Part shown: positions 17,583 to 27,709 of the stretch, one piece after another
Numbering within the stretch: the stretch's first letter is position 1
How the letters are laid out: every line of letters starts with the position of its first letter
Source: Candidatus Binatia bacterium
GTDB lineage: Bacteria > Desulfobacterota > Binatia > UBA9968 > JAJDTQ01
NCBI GenBank assembly: GCA_963666515.2
Contig: OY762897.2
Span: 4,320,001 to 4,384,000, forward strand
Length of the DNA: 64,000 nucleotides
Direction of reading: 5' to 3'
Position numbers and translations under genes: made by a program
The notes under the pieces: model-generated
Databases searched by the model: none
What the model saw: only the letters and a program-made list of their open reading frames with translations
Told to the model about the DNA's origin: nothing

Positions 17583-18689
17583 ATGACTGCACATCAAATC
17601 GGTTCCAGAATAAAGGCCCTGCGCGAAGACCGTAACCTCTCTCAGGAGGGTCTCGCCCGTTTGCTTGGGTTCAAAGACCGGCAGACCATTTCGGCCATCG
17701 AGACCGGCATACGGCGCGTGACCGCGAAAGAACTCCTGCTTGCGGTCGAGAAGCTCGACGCGCCCCTGGAATACTTCACGGATCCTTTTCTACTGGCCGG
17801 CGAGGGACGGTTTTCGTGGAGACAGTCGGGTGTCGAGGCGGGACAACTCGCGGAGTATGAACGTGGCGCCGGGCGTTGGATCGCCGCGTTCCGGGTGCTG
17901 GCTTCGCAAGTCGGACGGCACGCCCCGCTGTTGCGCCGAGCGCTGGGCCTCACCCGCCATTCCCGTTTCGAGGACGCGATGCAGGCTGGCGAACGGTTCG
18001 TCAGCGAATTGGCGTTGGGTCCCGTGCCGGCGTTGCGTTTGGCAGAGGTCATGGAAAGAGAGCTCGGCATTCTCGTTCTCATGGTCGATGCCTCGGAGGG
18101 GATTTCAGGCGCAGCCTGCCGTTTACCGGAGTTGGACGCGGTTCTGATCGCGCGCCGCGAAGTGCCCGGGCGTCGGCACTTCGACTTGGCCCACGAGTTG
18201 TTCCACATCCTCACATGGGACGCCATGCCACCAGACCACGCCGAGGAAGCCCTTGATACCGGCGGCAACCGAGTGGAGCAACTTGCCAACAACTTCGCGG
18301 CTGCGGTGCTCATGCCGGCACACTCGTTGGCACCGTTCGGCAACTGGTCGGACTTGGCCGAGGCAGATATGATCCAGCGCTTGAACTCCGTAGCCGACGA
18401 ACTCCACGTGACCTCCTCTGCCTTGAGATGGCGGCTCGTCGCTCTTGGGGAGTTGACGGCGGCGGTGGCGCGTTCATTGCCGGAGCCGGCATTGCGGAAC
18501 AACGGGCATGAGGCGGTGAACACGCCGGCGCCGCCTTTGTTCTCGAAACCGTTTGTGGAGGTGCTCGCTCTCGCCATTGACGAGGGCTTGGTTTCGGTGC
18601 GGCGCGCGGCCGCTCTTCTTGATACGACTGTCGAGGACCTTGGCGATCTTTTCCGGATGCACGAGGTCGAAAGTCCGGTCGAGTTGTGA
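17583..18689 (+). CDS. XRE HTH + ImmA/IrrE metallo-endopeptidase
   Basis: N-terminal HTH (LSQEGLARLLG...ISAIETG); RHFDLAHELFH (HExxH); EQLANNFAAAVLMP. Confidence 0.92.
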   Translation: MTAHQIGSRIKALREDRNLSQEGLARLLGFKDRQTISAIETGIRRVTAKELLLAVEKLDAPLEYFTDPFLLAGEGRFSWRQSGVEAGQLAEYERGAGRWIAAFRVLASQVGRHAPLLRRALGLTRHSRFEDAMQAGERFVSELALGPVPALRLAEVMERELGILVLMVDASEGISGAACRLPELDAVLIARREVPGRRHFDLAHELFHILTWDAMPPDHAEEALDTGGNRVEQLANNFAAAVLMPAHSLAPFGNWSDLAEADMIQRLNSVADELHVTSSALRWRLVALGELTAAVARSLPEPALRNNGHEAVNTPAPPLFSKPFVEVLALAIDEGLVSVRRAAALLDTTVEDLGDLFRMHEVESPVEL

Positions 18690-18695
18690 GGTGCC

Positions 18696-19211
18696 ATGGC
18701 GCGACACTCGGGTCCCGTGCTCGTCGACACCAATGTCATCCTGGAAGCACACCGGGTAGACGCATGGCGTGCGCTTACTGGCGGTTATCGCGTGGAAACT
18801 GTCGAAGATTGCGTGACCGAAACGCAGACCGGATTCCAGAAACGTCGTCCGGAGCAGCAGATTGACGAGAGGAGACTACGCTCCTCTCTCACCGCAGTCC
18901 ATTCCGTCGGAAACCGCGAGCGCGCCGAGTTGGCGGTCCAAGCGGGCGACATAGCGTTGGACACCGGCGAGGCGGCGCTCTGGGCGCACGCTCTCTACCG
19001 GGAGGACGCCTGGGTCCTGTGCGGACCGGACAAGGCCAGTCTTCGTTGTGGCGTTCACCTTGGGTTTCGCGAGCGGCTGGTGTCGTTGCAACAGCTTCTT
19101 GAGGAAGTCGGCCACCGTCCAAAATCGTCGCTGCGGACGGCCTACACCCGACAGTGGCACGAAAGGACGCTTTCACAGATCGTCCTGGTCGAGCGCCGTG
19201 GAGGCAAATAG
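18696..19211 (+). CDS. PIN-domain protein
   Basis: VLVDTNVIL, LDTGEAAL, LCGPDKA; coupled to the IrrE gene. Confidence 0.8.
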   Translation: MARHSGPVLVDTNVILEAHRVDAWRALTGGYRVETVEDCVTETQTGFQKRRPEQQIDERRLRSSLTAVHSVGNRERAELAVQAGDIALDTGEAALWAHALYREDAWVLCGPDKASLRCGVHLGFRERLVSLQQLLEEVGHRPKSSLRTAYTRQWHERTLSQIVLVERRGGK

Positions 19212-19415
19212 TGATATGCAAAGTGTCCCTACCCGACGAAACAGCGTCGGCTCGATAACACGCACTCGGAGAAGGTGCACGGCCGACGACGAAACCAATG
19301 TCCCTTGCATCTTGCTTTGTAGTTGAGCTATACAGTCCAATATCAGGTTTTCTACTCGAGACATGATAATGACTGCAAGTTCTTCTACAAAAAATGGGGA
19401 AAGAGGGTAGGTAGT

Positions 19416-20030
19416 ATGCCTGAAGGAATTGTATATGTCCTGACGAATGAAGCCATGCCGGGATATATTAAGATTGGAAGGACCGGTGAAGATTTACTGA
19501 AGCGGATGCGGGACCTCGATTCCACCGGGATACCTCTACCGTTCGCATGCTTTTTCGCGAAACAAGTAGCTGATGCGGAATTTGTAGAGAAGAAATTGCA
19601 CGAAACGTTCGCCGATGTTCGTGTGAGACACAAGCGCGAGTTCTTCACCATCGACCCTCTACGTGTTCGGTCGGCGATGGACTTGGTTACGGGCCAAGAG
19701 GTCACCCCGAAGGATGACGTAGTTCAAGATGATGACGATGAAAAGTCGTTAGAAAAGGCACGAAAAAGAAAGGCAAACTTTAACTTCGACATGGTCAATA
19801 TCCCGCATAGTTCCGAACTGGTTTTCATTAAAGACCAGCAGGTGACTTGCACCGTCATCGACAACAAGAAGGTACTGTTTGAGGGTGAAGAGACAAGTCT
19901 TTCCGCTGCAGCGCTGACCGCGGCGAGAAAACTGGGTTACAACTGGCCGAGTGTGGCAGGGCCGAATTATTGGACTTACGAGGGTGAAACCCTTGACGAA
20001 CGTAGGCTCCGCATGGAAACAGACGGCTGA
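19416..20030 (+). CDS. GIY-YIG/T5orf172-domain protein with C-terminal RAMA-like domain
   Basis: GIVYVLTNEAMPGYIKIGRT...TGIPLPF...REFF; SLSAAA...GPNYWTYEG; lower GC. Confidence 0.85.
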   Translation: MPEGIVYVLTNEAMPGYIKIGRTGEDLLKRMRDLDSTGIPLPFACFFAKQVADAEFVEKKLHETFADVRVRHKREFFTIDPLRVRSAMDLVTGQEVTPKDDVVQDDDDEKSLEKARKRKANFNFDMVNIPHSSELVFIKDQQVTCTVIDNKKVLFEGEETSLSAAALTAARKLGYNWPSVAGPNYWTYEGETLDERRLRMETDG

Positions 20031-20182
20031 CGAACGACACAAGAATTTTGCTGAGTGGTTGCGAAGATATCTTGACAACAGGCGGCTGGCCCGGAGATTT
20101 CATACCCCCTTGGTCTCGATGCCAAGGCGATGGCTGTCCGATGGTTTCTCTTTGTGCCATCTTCCCATTCTGCACAAACCTC

Positions 20183-20207
20183 TGAACCGTTCCGGGTTTA
20201 CCGGAGA
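20183..20207 (+). mobile_element. Isolated IS3-family terminal repeat
   Basis: TGAACCGTTCCGGGTTTACCGGAGA, 23/25 identical to 1726-1750. Confidence 0.55.
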
Positions 20208-20475
20208 TGCCCAGCGGGCTGATCCTCATCAATGCGCTGTTGACTTGGCTATTCGGATTGGGGCGCGCCGCGAGGCCGCTGTAGACCGTACTGCCGCAAT
20301 CGAAGGGGTCCGAGTCGAGCCAAGTGGGATAGGCCGTTCTGGCCTCCTGGGGATCGTATCGGCCATGGTTGACGATCATTCGGGCGAGCGACAGCGCCAT
20401 CTCCGAGTCGTCCGTCGGTTGACCGGGATGGTTTCCCAGGTGCCGCCGTTCGCCAACTCTCGGACGTCATGGGGT
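20205..20475 (-). pseudogene. ADP-ribosylglycohydrolase fragment
   Basis: DVRELANGGTWETI / GQPTDDSEMALSLAR...PFDCG...NSALMRISPLGI, with a frameshift; cut at the IS3-like end. Confidence 0.75.
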
Positions 20476-20671
20476 ATCCTGAGTCACTCGACCCGTCCGG
20501 CCTGACTGACACAAACCGTACGGCGCCCCCTGTAGGTTGTATTCGATTCCCGACGAAGAAAGTCTACCAATTGGACTGATTTCCCTGCTTCACCCGCCAC
20601 CGCACTTGGGTTTAAGTTGACCCGCTTCCTGTCAAAGGTTGCAATCAGTAGCCTATGCGCTACCATACGGT

Positions 20672-21004
20672 ATGGGTGAAGCACGTCCCCGACAGGTTGT
20701 GGCGTATGTGACGAGGGATGGGATCACCCCGTTTGCGGATTGGCTGCGGAGCCTCGGGGACCGAAAGGCGCGAAACGGTATTCGGGTCAGGATTGCACGG
20801 CTTCGTTTGGGCAATCTCGGTGATTACAAGCCTGTGGGCGGCGGCGTGTTGGAACTGCGTGTGGATGTTGGACCGGGTTATCGGGTGTACGTTGGACGGG
20901 ATGGACCCCGTTTCATCCTCTTGCTGTCTGGCGGAACGAAGAAAACTCAGACGGAAGATATAAGAAAGGCTCAGGAGTATTGGGCTGACTACCTCGGAGG
21001 GTAG
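20672..21004 (+). CDS. RelE/ParE-family addiction-module killer (HI1419-like)
   Basis: RLRLGNLGDYKPVGGGVLELRVDVGPGYRVY; GTAGC-n6-GCTAC palindrome upstream at 20648-20663. Confidence 0.92.
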   Translation: MGEARPRQVVAYVTRDGITPFADWLRSLGDRKARNGIRVRIARLRLGNLGDYKPVGGGVLELRVDVGPGYRVYVGRDGPRFILLLSGGTKKTQTEDIRKAQEYWADYLGG

Positions 21005-21008
21005 GCGT

Positions 21009-21350
21009 ATGGCGAGACGAACGGTTCCTTACGAAGACATCCTCCATCGGGACCTCCAGGACCCCGAGGAAGCGGCGGCCTATCTGACCGCTGCTCTTGA
21101 AGACAGGTCCGAGAACGGATCGGATGTGTTCCTGCTGGCCCTGCGCGATGTTGCGAAAGCTCGTGGAATCAGGCAACTCGCTAAGGATACCCACTTGAGC
21201 CGTGAGAGCCTTTACCGGACGCTTTCGCGGAAGGGCAATCCCCGGTTCTCCACTCTTGACGCCGTGCTGGAAAGCTTGGGGCTGAAGCTGTCGGTGGAGG
21301 TCATAGCGAATGCCAAGGTTCCGCCGGGCAGAGCCGGTACGGCGCTGTGA
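21009..21350 (+). CDS. Addiction-module antidote (HI1420-like HTH)
   Basis: LLALRDVAKARG...LSRESLYRTLSRKGNPRFSTL. Confidence 0.92.
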   Translation: MARRTVPYEDILHRDLQDPEEAAAYLTAALEDRSENGSDVFLLALRDVAKARGIRQLAKDTHLSRESLYRTLSRKGNPRFSTLDAVLESLGLKLSVEVIANAKVPPGRAGTAL

Positions 21351-21434
21351 AATGGCGTGAATTGTCAACGACGGCCGTAGAGGCTATAAATCCCGCCATT
21401 CCCGGCCCGTGCTTTGCCGGGGCTCCGATCCGCC

Positions 21435-22292
21435 ATGACCATTCCCGCTTTCGACCTGCTGAAACCCGGCTCCGTGGCTGAAGCCAGCGAGATGCTGCTT
21501 GAGCACGGCGACGAGGCGCGGCCCATTGCCGGGGGCACCACGCTGGTGATCCTGATGAAGCAGCGGGCGCTACGCTTCTCGCACCTGGTGGACCTGCAGT
21601 CGATTCCGGGACTCGAACGAATCACGGACAACGACGACGGGCTGAGCATCGGGGCGCTGGCCACCCACCGCTCGGTGGAGCGCTCGCCGCTGGTGCAGCG
21701 GCGGGCGCCTGCCCTGGCCCAGGCGTTCAGCCACGTGGGCAACGTGCGCATCCGGGAAACGGCGTCGGTGGGCGGCAACCTGGCGCACGCGGACTACCGG
21801 CTGGACCCGCCGCCGGCGCTGCTGGTTCACGGCGCGGAGGTGGTGCTGGCGAGAGCCGGGGGCACCCGCGTGGTGGCGTTGAAGGACTTCTATCGCGGCA
21901 TGTACGAGACGGCGCTGGAGCCGGGAGAAATCCTGGTGGAGGTGCGGGTGCCGCATGTGGCCCCGGCGGCCCGGACGGTTTACTCCCGGTTCAGCTCGCT
22001 CTCGGCCAACGACTGGCCGTGTATCGGGGTCGCGGCGCTTCTGTCCCTGGACGGTGGAAGTGTCGGTGAGCTTGCACTAGGTCTCAGCGGCGTGGCGGAA
22101 GCGCCGCTTCTGGCCGCGGGTCTGGACCGGTTCCAGGGCGAACGCTGCTCCGAGGAACTCTGGGACGCGGTGTGCGACGCCGTCGACGAACAGATATCTC
22201 CGGTGTCGGACCTGCGCGGCAGCGCGGACTACAAGCGGGAGATGACCCGGGTGTGGGTCAGGCGGACGCTCGGGGAGCTGGCGTCTTCGTGA
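21435..22292 (+). CDS. Xanthine dehydrogenase family FAD-binding (CoxM-like) subunit
   Basis: IAGGTTL, ASVGGNLAHAD, DLRGSADYK. Confidence 0.92.
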   Translation: MTIPAFDLLKPGSVAEASEMLLEHGDEARPIAGGTTLVILMKQRALRFSHLVDLQSIPGLERITDNDDGLSIGALATHRSVERSPLVQRRAPALAQAFSHVGNVRIRETASVGGNLAHADYRLDPPPALLVHGAEVVLARAGGTRVVALKDFYRGMYETALEPGEILVEVRVPHVAPAARTVYSRFSSLSANDWPCIGVAALLSLDGGSVGELALGLSGVAEAPLLAAGLDRFQGERCSEELWDAVCDAVDEQISPVSDLRGSADYKREMTRVWVRRTLGELASS

Positions 22293-22301
22293 GGTGAATC
22301 C

Positions 22302-24635
22302 GTGGCGGATTATTCCATCGTCGGCAAGCCGGTCGACCGGCGGGACGCCGTCCAGAAGGTGACGGGGCGGGCGCTGCACGTGGGCAACATGGAGCCGCCC
22401 GGGCTGCTGCACGTGGCGGTGCTCAGGAGCCCGCATCCGCACGCGCGTATCGTCCGCATCGACAAGTCCCGGGCCGAGGCCCAACCCGGCGTGGCCGCGG
22501 TGCTCACGGGCGCGGACATCGCCGCCATGCCGGGCATCACGCCCTACCACGGGCCGGCGTTCGCGGACCAGCCGGTGCTGGCCATCGACCGGGTGCGGCA
22601 CGAGGGCGAGCAGGTGGTGGCGGTGGCCGCGGAGAGCCGGCGCGCCGCGGAGGAGGCGCTGGAATCGGTGGAAGTGGCGTACGAGACCTTGCCGGTGGTG
22701 CTGGACGTGCTCGACGCCATCAGGCCGGACGCGCCCATCGTCCACGACGAGATACGGCCTTCCGGGGCTTTCGCGGACCTGGCCCACGTCAAGGCCGGCG
22801 ACCGTTCCAACATCTGCTACCACTACAAGCTCCGCAAGGGCGACGTGGACAAGGCGTTCGCCGAGGCGGACCGCATCTTCGAGGACGTGTTTACGGCGCC
22901 GCCGGCCCAGCACGTGCCCATGGAGCCGCACGTGTCGCTGGCCTATGTGGACGAGAGCGGACGCATCAACATCCACACCGCCAGCCAGTCGCCGTCCTTC
23001 GTCCGCGGCGAGCTGGCGCGCATGCTGGGCGTGCCCATGAACCGCATCCGGGTGCGGGTGCCCTACCTGGGCGGCGGCTACGGCGCCAAGCTCTACAACA
23101 AGCTCGAGCCCATCGTGGCGATACTGGCCATGAAGACCGGCCGGCCGGTGAAGTACAGCCTGAGCCGCGAGGAGGAGTTCCAGACCGTCACCAAGCACGG
23201 CGTGGTAGTGAAGCTCAAGACCGCGGTCAGGGGCTCGGCCATGACCGCGCGCAAGTGCGAGGTCTACTGGGACACCGGCGCCTTCGCCGAGATCGGCCCG
23301 CGCATCGTGCACAAGTCGGGCTACACGTCCTCCGGCCCGTACAAGATCCCCAACGTCTCCATCGACTCCTACTGCGTCTACACCAACAAGCCGCCGGCCG
23401 GGCCGTTCCGGGGCTTCGGCGTGCCCCAGGTGATCTGGGCCTACGACTCGCAGATGGACATCGTGGCCCGGGGCCTGGGCGTGGACCCGGTGGAGTTCCG
23501 CCTGGAGCACGCGCTGGAGGAAGGGGACCTGTTCGTCACCGGGACGCCGATTCACGCTTGCGGCCTCAAGGAAGCGGTGCAGCGCGCCGCTGACGCCGTG
23601 GAGTGGGACAAGCCCAAGGAACCCGCTTCGGGAACGAAGCGCCGCGGCAAAGGCATCGCCTGCGGCGTGAAGGCCGTGCTCACCCCCTCCATCTCCGGCG
23701 CCATCGTCATCCTCAACGCCGACGGCAGCGCCAACGTGCTGAGCAGCACGGTGGAGATGGGCCAGGGCTCCGAGAGCCTGCTGGCGCAGATCGCGGCCGA
23801 GGAGCTGGGGATATCCTTCGACAAGGTCCACGTGGTCCAGCCCGACACCGACGTCACCCCCTACGACACCATCAGCGCGGGCAGCCGCTCCACTTACCAC
23901 ATGGGCAACGCCGTGCGCACGGCCGCGGCCAACGTCAAGGCGGAGCTGTTCGAGGCCGTAGCGGGCAAGCTGGAGATCGACGCCGCCGACCTGGAAGCGT
24001 GCGACGGTCGCGTGTTCGTGCGCGGCGCCGAGGAGCGCGGCATGACCGTCACCGAAGCGTTCCTGGCCAGGTTCGGAAGCCTCGGCACCACCATGGTCGG
24101 GGAAGGACTGTGCCAGCCGGTGGTGACGCCCATGGACCCCGAGACCGGCATGTCCGAGAAGTGCACCGAGTACTGGTTCGCCTCGGCCAGCGCGGTGGAA
24201 GTGGAGGTGGACCTGGAGACCGGCCGCCTGGAGGTGCTGCAGTTCCACGCCGCCGGCGACGCCGGCACCGCCATCAACCCCAAGTACTGCGAGCAGCAGC
24301 TCGTGGGCGCGGCTACCATGCACTTGGGCCTGACCTTGTTCGAGCAGATGGTTTTCCAGGACGGACAGCTCCTCAACGGCTCCCTGCTGGACTACCAGAT
24401 CGCCTCCATCAAGGACGTGCCCGCGGCCTGCAACCCCATCGTGGTGCAGGTGCCCCACAAGGACGGCCCCTTCGGCGCCAAGGGCATCGGCGAGACCGGC
24501 GCCCTGACCGTGGCCGCGGCCGTGGCCAACGCGCTGGAGGACGCCGTGGGTGTGCGCGTGCGCGACATTCCGCTGACCGCGGAGCGGATATATGAGGCAC
24601 TCAAGGCGGCGGGGAAGGTGAACGGTAGCGAGTAA
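22302..24635 (+). CDS. Xanthine dehydrogenase family molybdopterin-binding subunit
   Basis: LRSPHPHA, GGGYGAK, PFRGFG, EMGQG, GAKGIGE. Confidence 0.95.
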   Translation: MADYSIVGKPVDRRDAVQKVTGRALHVGNMEPPGLLHVAVLRSPHPHARIVRIDKSRAEAQPGVAAVLTGADIAAMPGITPYHGPAFADQPVLAIDRVRHEGEQVVAVAAESRRAAEEALESVEVAYETLPVVLDVLDAIRPDAPIVHDEIRPSGAFADLAHVKAGDRSNICYHYKLRKGDVDKAFAEADRIFEDVFTAPPAQHVPMEPHVSLAYVDESGRINIHTASQSPSFVRGELARMLGVPMNRIRVRVPYLGGGYGAKLYNKLEPIVAILAMKTGRPVKYSLSREEEFQTVTKHGVVVKLKTAVRGSAMTARKCEVYWDTGAFAEIGPRIVHKSGYTSSGPYKIPNVSIDSYCVYTNKPPAGPFRGFGVPQVIWAYDSQMDIVARGLGVDPVEFRLEHALEEGDLFVTGTPIHACGLKEAVQRAADAVEWDKPKEPASGTKRRGKGIACGVKAVLTPSISGAIVILNADGSANVLSSTVEMGQGSESLLAQIAAEELGISFDKVHVVQPDTDVTPYDTISAGSRSTYHMGNAVRTAAANVKAELFEAVAGKLEIDAADLEACDGRVFVRGAEERGMTVTEAFLARFGSLGTTMVGEGLCQPVVTPMDPETGMSEKCTEYWFASASAVEVEVDLETGRLEVLQFHAAGDAGTAINPKYCEQQLVGAATMHLGLTLFEQMVFQDGQLLNGSLLDYQIASIKDVPAACNPIVVQVPHKDGPFGAKGIGETGALTVAAAVANALEDAVGVRVRDIPLTAERIYEALKAAGKVNGSE

Positions 24636-24640
24636 CGACT

Positions 24641-24740
24641 CGTCATTCCCGCGAAAGCGGGAATCCAGGGGAGTGGGGCGGGGAAGCTCGGCCATGGCCC
24701 CCTCCACAGCCCCTGGATTCCCGCTTTCGCGGGAATGACG
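24641..24740. repeat. Paired palindromic repeat element (GTCATTCCCGCGAAAGCGGGAATCCA family)
   Basis: Two inverted copies bracketing a short spacer. Confidence 0.9.
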
Positions 24741-24790
24741 TGTTATGGGAAATGCGTGAAGGCCTGACAAGGTTTCACGGAGCCGGGTTT

Positions 24791-25264
24791 ATGGAACGTA
24801 ACATCAGCCTGACGGTGAACGGAGAGCAACACGAGCTGCAGGTCAACGACGCCGACACCCTGCTGGAGGTTCTGCGCGACAGCCTCAAGCTCTGGAGCGT
24901 GCGGGAGTCCTGCGGCGTGGGCGCCTGCGGGAGTTGCACGGTGCTGCTGGACGGAAGGCCGGTAAGCGCGTGCTTCCTGCTCGCTGCGCGCCAGGACAGC
25001 CGTACGGTGGAAACGGTCGAGGGACTGGGCAGCGATGATGCCCTTCACCCCATCCAGCAGGCGTTTCTCGAAAACGACGCCGCCCAGTGCGGCTACTGCA
25101 CCCCCGGCTTCATCATGGCCGCCAAGGCGCTGCTGGAGGAGCACGGCGACCCCAGCGACGACCAGATTCGCGAGTACCTTTCCGGCAACCTGTGCCGTTG
25201 CGGCGGCTACCCCAACATCATGCGCGCGGTCCGCGCCGCGGCGGCACGCATGGGCGGAGGTTGA
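24791..25264 (+). CDS. (2Fe-2S)-binding (CoxS-like) subunit
   Basis: CGVGACGSC, QCGYC, NLCRC. Confidence 0.95.
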   Translation: MERNISLTVNGEQHELQVNDADTLLEVLRDSLKLWSVRESCGVGACGSCTVLLDGRPVSACFLLAARQDSRTVETVEGLGSDDALHPIQQAFLENDAAQCGYCTPGFIMAAKALLEEHGDPSDDQIREYLSGNLCRCGGYPNIMRAVRAAAARMGGG

Positions 25265-25295
25265 GGCCAAGGAGGCCCGGGTCAGTTGGAGAGGG

Positions 25296-25334
25296 CATCC
25301 TTCGACTTCGCTTCGCTACGCTCAGGACGAACGG
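25296..25334. repeat. Dispersed palindromic repeat (second family)
   Basis: CATCCTTCGACTTCGCTTCGCTACGCTCAGGACGAACGG; related copy in opposite orientation at 43205-43254. Confidence 0.7.
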
Positions 25335-25354
25335 AACAGGTTTCCAGGACAACC

Positions 25355-27709
25355 ATGGATACTGCCCCCAGCCTAGACGGCCTGACAGCCCTGCTGAAGC
25401 CCCGCAACATCGCCCTGATCGGCGCCTCGGAGCGGGCGCCCCACGCGGCCGCGCTCATGCGCAACCTGTTCCGGTTCGGCTTCCCGAAGGAAAACATCTA
25501 CCCGGTCAACCCGCGCTACGAGCAGCTCTTCGATCTGCCGTGCTACCCCTCGGTGGACGCGGTGCCGGGGGACGTGGACTTGGCGGTCATCGCGATCCCG
25601 CGCGACGGCACGGTGCAGGTCGTGGAGGAATGCGCCGCCAAGGGTGTGCGCGCCGCGCTTACCGTTGCCACCGGTTTCGGCGAGTTCGACGAGACCGGCC
25701 GGGGCTATCAGGCGGAGTTGACACGCATCGTGCGCGAGAGCGGCATGGCGCTGGCCGGCCCCAACACCTTGGGCTACGTGGCTCTCGAATGCGGCGCCGC
25801 GCTATGGTCGTCGCCGCTCCCCGAACACCTCACTACCGGGCCCGTGAGCGCGGTGTTCAGCAGCGCCGGCCTCCTCAACCTCTTTCTCAACACCGCATCG
25901 GACCGCTGCCTGGGGTTCCGCTACGCCATCGCCCCCGGCAACCAGGTGGGCGCCGGCTTCACCGATTACCTGCGGGCCGCGGTGGACGACGACGGCACCC
26001 GGGTCATTGTCGCGGTCATCGAGTCCATGAGCCGCCCGCAGGAGATGGCGGGGCTGCTGGACTTGGCGCGGGAGCGTGAGAAGGTGGTGATCGCGCTCAG
26101 GCTCGGGCGCTCCCAGAAGGGCGGACGCGCGGTCGCCTCGCACTCGGGCAACATGGCCACCTCCGGCGCGGTGTGGGACGGGCTGTTCCGGCAGAAGGGC
26201 GTCATCCCGGTGGACAACCTCGACCAGATGCTGGAAGTCACGGCCCTGGCCGTCGGGACGCCGGAGCCGTTCCGCATGGCCGGCGCCGCGGCGCCTGCGA
26301 AGTCCGGGGCGGGTCCCGCGGCAGACCCGCAGCCGTACCGTGCATCCGGTCCGGGCGGCGTCGGCATCGTCACCATCTCGGGCGGCGATTGCAGCTTCCT
26401 GGCCGACATCTGCGAGCGCAACGGCGTGGACCTGCCGGAGCCTTCCGGCGCCACCTACGAGGCGCTACGCAAGTACTTCGACAAGGAGAGCTTCAACGGC
26501 AACCCCCTGGACATCGAGGAACTGCACTGGGCGAACCGCTCCGGTTACCTCGAATGCCTGGAAACCTTCATGGCCGACGACAACTTCGCGGTGGTCTGCT
26601 GCCGCCTGAACCTGCCCAAGAGCCCCAGCGACCGCTTGACGGAGTTGTACCGGGAGTCGACGGCAGCGCTCCGGCGCGGCGGCAAGCCGTTCCTGTTCCT
26701 CTCCCGCGCCAGCGAGCAGCTTGACCGCTCCTGGTTCGAGTTCTTCCGGGAGTTGAAAGTGCCGCTGTTGCTGGAATACGAGAAGTCGCTCTGCGCGGTG
26801 CGCGATGTCCTCGCATTGTCGCGGCGAAGCCCCTCCGCGGACCGCGCTGTTCCGCCTGTCCCAGCGCCGGCCCAGACCGCGGGGCCGTCCACTACCGCAG
26901 CCGAGGTCGTGGCTCCGGCGACAGCCCCGACGGAGGCCGCAACGCCGGGAACGGCTTCGGTGGGGATGGCGCTACGAGCGGATTCGGCAGAAATCGACGC
27001 GATGCAGCGGCTGTTGGCCGGGGGCGACGCCTCTTACGCCACCGTGCGGCGGCTGCTCCGGGCTTATGGCATCCCGGCAGCCCCCGGACAACTGGTCCGG
27101 TCCCGAGAGGAGGCAGTCGAAGCCGCCGAGGCCATCGGGTTCCCGGTAGCCCTGAAAGTTGAATCCGCGGATCTGCCCCACAAGACCGAGGCGGGCGGCG
27201 TGCGGCTCGACTTGGCGAGCGCCGACGAGGTGGCGCAGTCTTACGACCGGCTGCTGGAGGAAGTGGGGAAGAAGGCGCCGGATGCCCGCATCGACGGGGT
27301 TCTCGCGCAGAAGATGGTGCAAGGGGTGGCCGAAGTCATCATCGGCACCTCGCGCACGCCGGACCTGGGCATCTGCCTCGTGTTCGGCCTGGGGGGCATC
27401 TACACCGAGGTGCTGAAGGACGTGGCCTTCCGGCTGCCCCCGCTGGGTCTCGCCGAAGCCCACGACATGATCCGGGATATCCGCACCTACCCGTTGCTCA
27501 CGGGTGTGCGCGGCCGGCCCAGGGCCGACGTCGCGGCCCTGGCGGAGACCATCGTGGCGCTGTCCCGGCTGGCGCTGGACTTTCGTGAGGAAGTGGACGA
27601 AATCGAGTTCAACCCGCTGATGGTCCTGCCGGAGGGGCAGGGGGTGCTGGCCGTGGACACGCTGATCCGATGTGTCGGGGCACAGGACTCTGAAGGAGCG
27701 CCAACATGA
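25355..27709 (+). CDS. Acetate--CoA ligase (ADP-forming) family, fused alpha/beta
   Basis: IALIGAS, GPNTLG, ASHSG (phospho-His), HKTEAGGV ATP-grasp, EFNPL. Confidence 0.92.
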   Translation: MDTAPSLDGLTALLKPRNIALIGASERAPHAAALMRNLFRFGFPKENIYPVNPRYEQLFDLPCYPSVDAVPGDVDLAVIAIPRDGTVQVVEECAAKGVRAALTVATGFGEFDETGRGYQAELTRIVRESGMALAGPNTLGYVALECGAALWSSPLPEHLTTGPVSAVFSSAGLLNLFLNTASDRCLGFRYAIAPGNQVGAGFTDYLRAAVDDDGTRVIVAVIESMSRPQEMAGLLDLAREREKVVIALRLGRSQKGGRAVASHSGNMATSGAVWDGLFRQKGVIPVDNLDQMLEVTALAVGTPEPFRMAGAAAPAKSGAGPAADPQPYRASGPGGVGIVTISGGDCSFLADICERNGVDLPEPSGATYEALRKYFDKESFNGNPLDIEELHWANRSGYLECLETFMADDNFAVVCCRLNLPKSPSDRLTELYRESTAALRRGGKPFLFLSRASEQLDRSWFEFFRELKVPLLLEYEKSLCAVRDVLALSRRSPSADRAVPPVPAPAQTAGPSTTAAEVVAPATAPTEAATPGTASVGMALRADSAEIDAMQRLLAGGDASYATVRRLLRAYGIPAAPGQLVRSREEAVEAAEAIGFPVALKVESADLPHKTEAGGVRLDLASADEVAQSYDRLLEEVGKKAPDARIDGVLAQKMVQGVAEVIIGTSRTPDLGICLVFGLGGIYTEVLKDVAFRLPPLGLAEAHDMIRDIRTYPLLTGVRGRPRADVAALAETIVALSRLALDFREEVDEIEFNPLMVLPEGQGVLAVDTLIRCVGAQDSEGAPT

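Noticed and set aside
22302-24635. Aerobic CO dehydrogenase (coxL)
   Set aside because: The active-site loop is PFRGFG, not AYXCSFR; only a family-level call is justified
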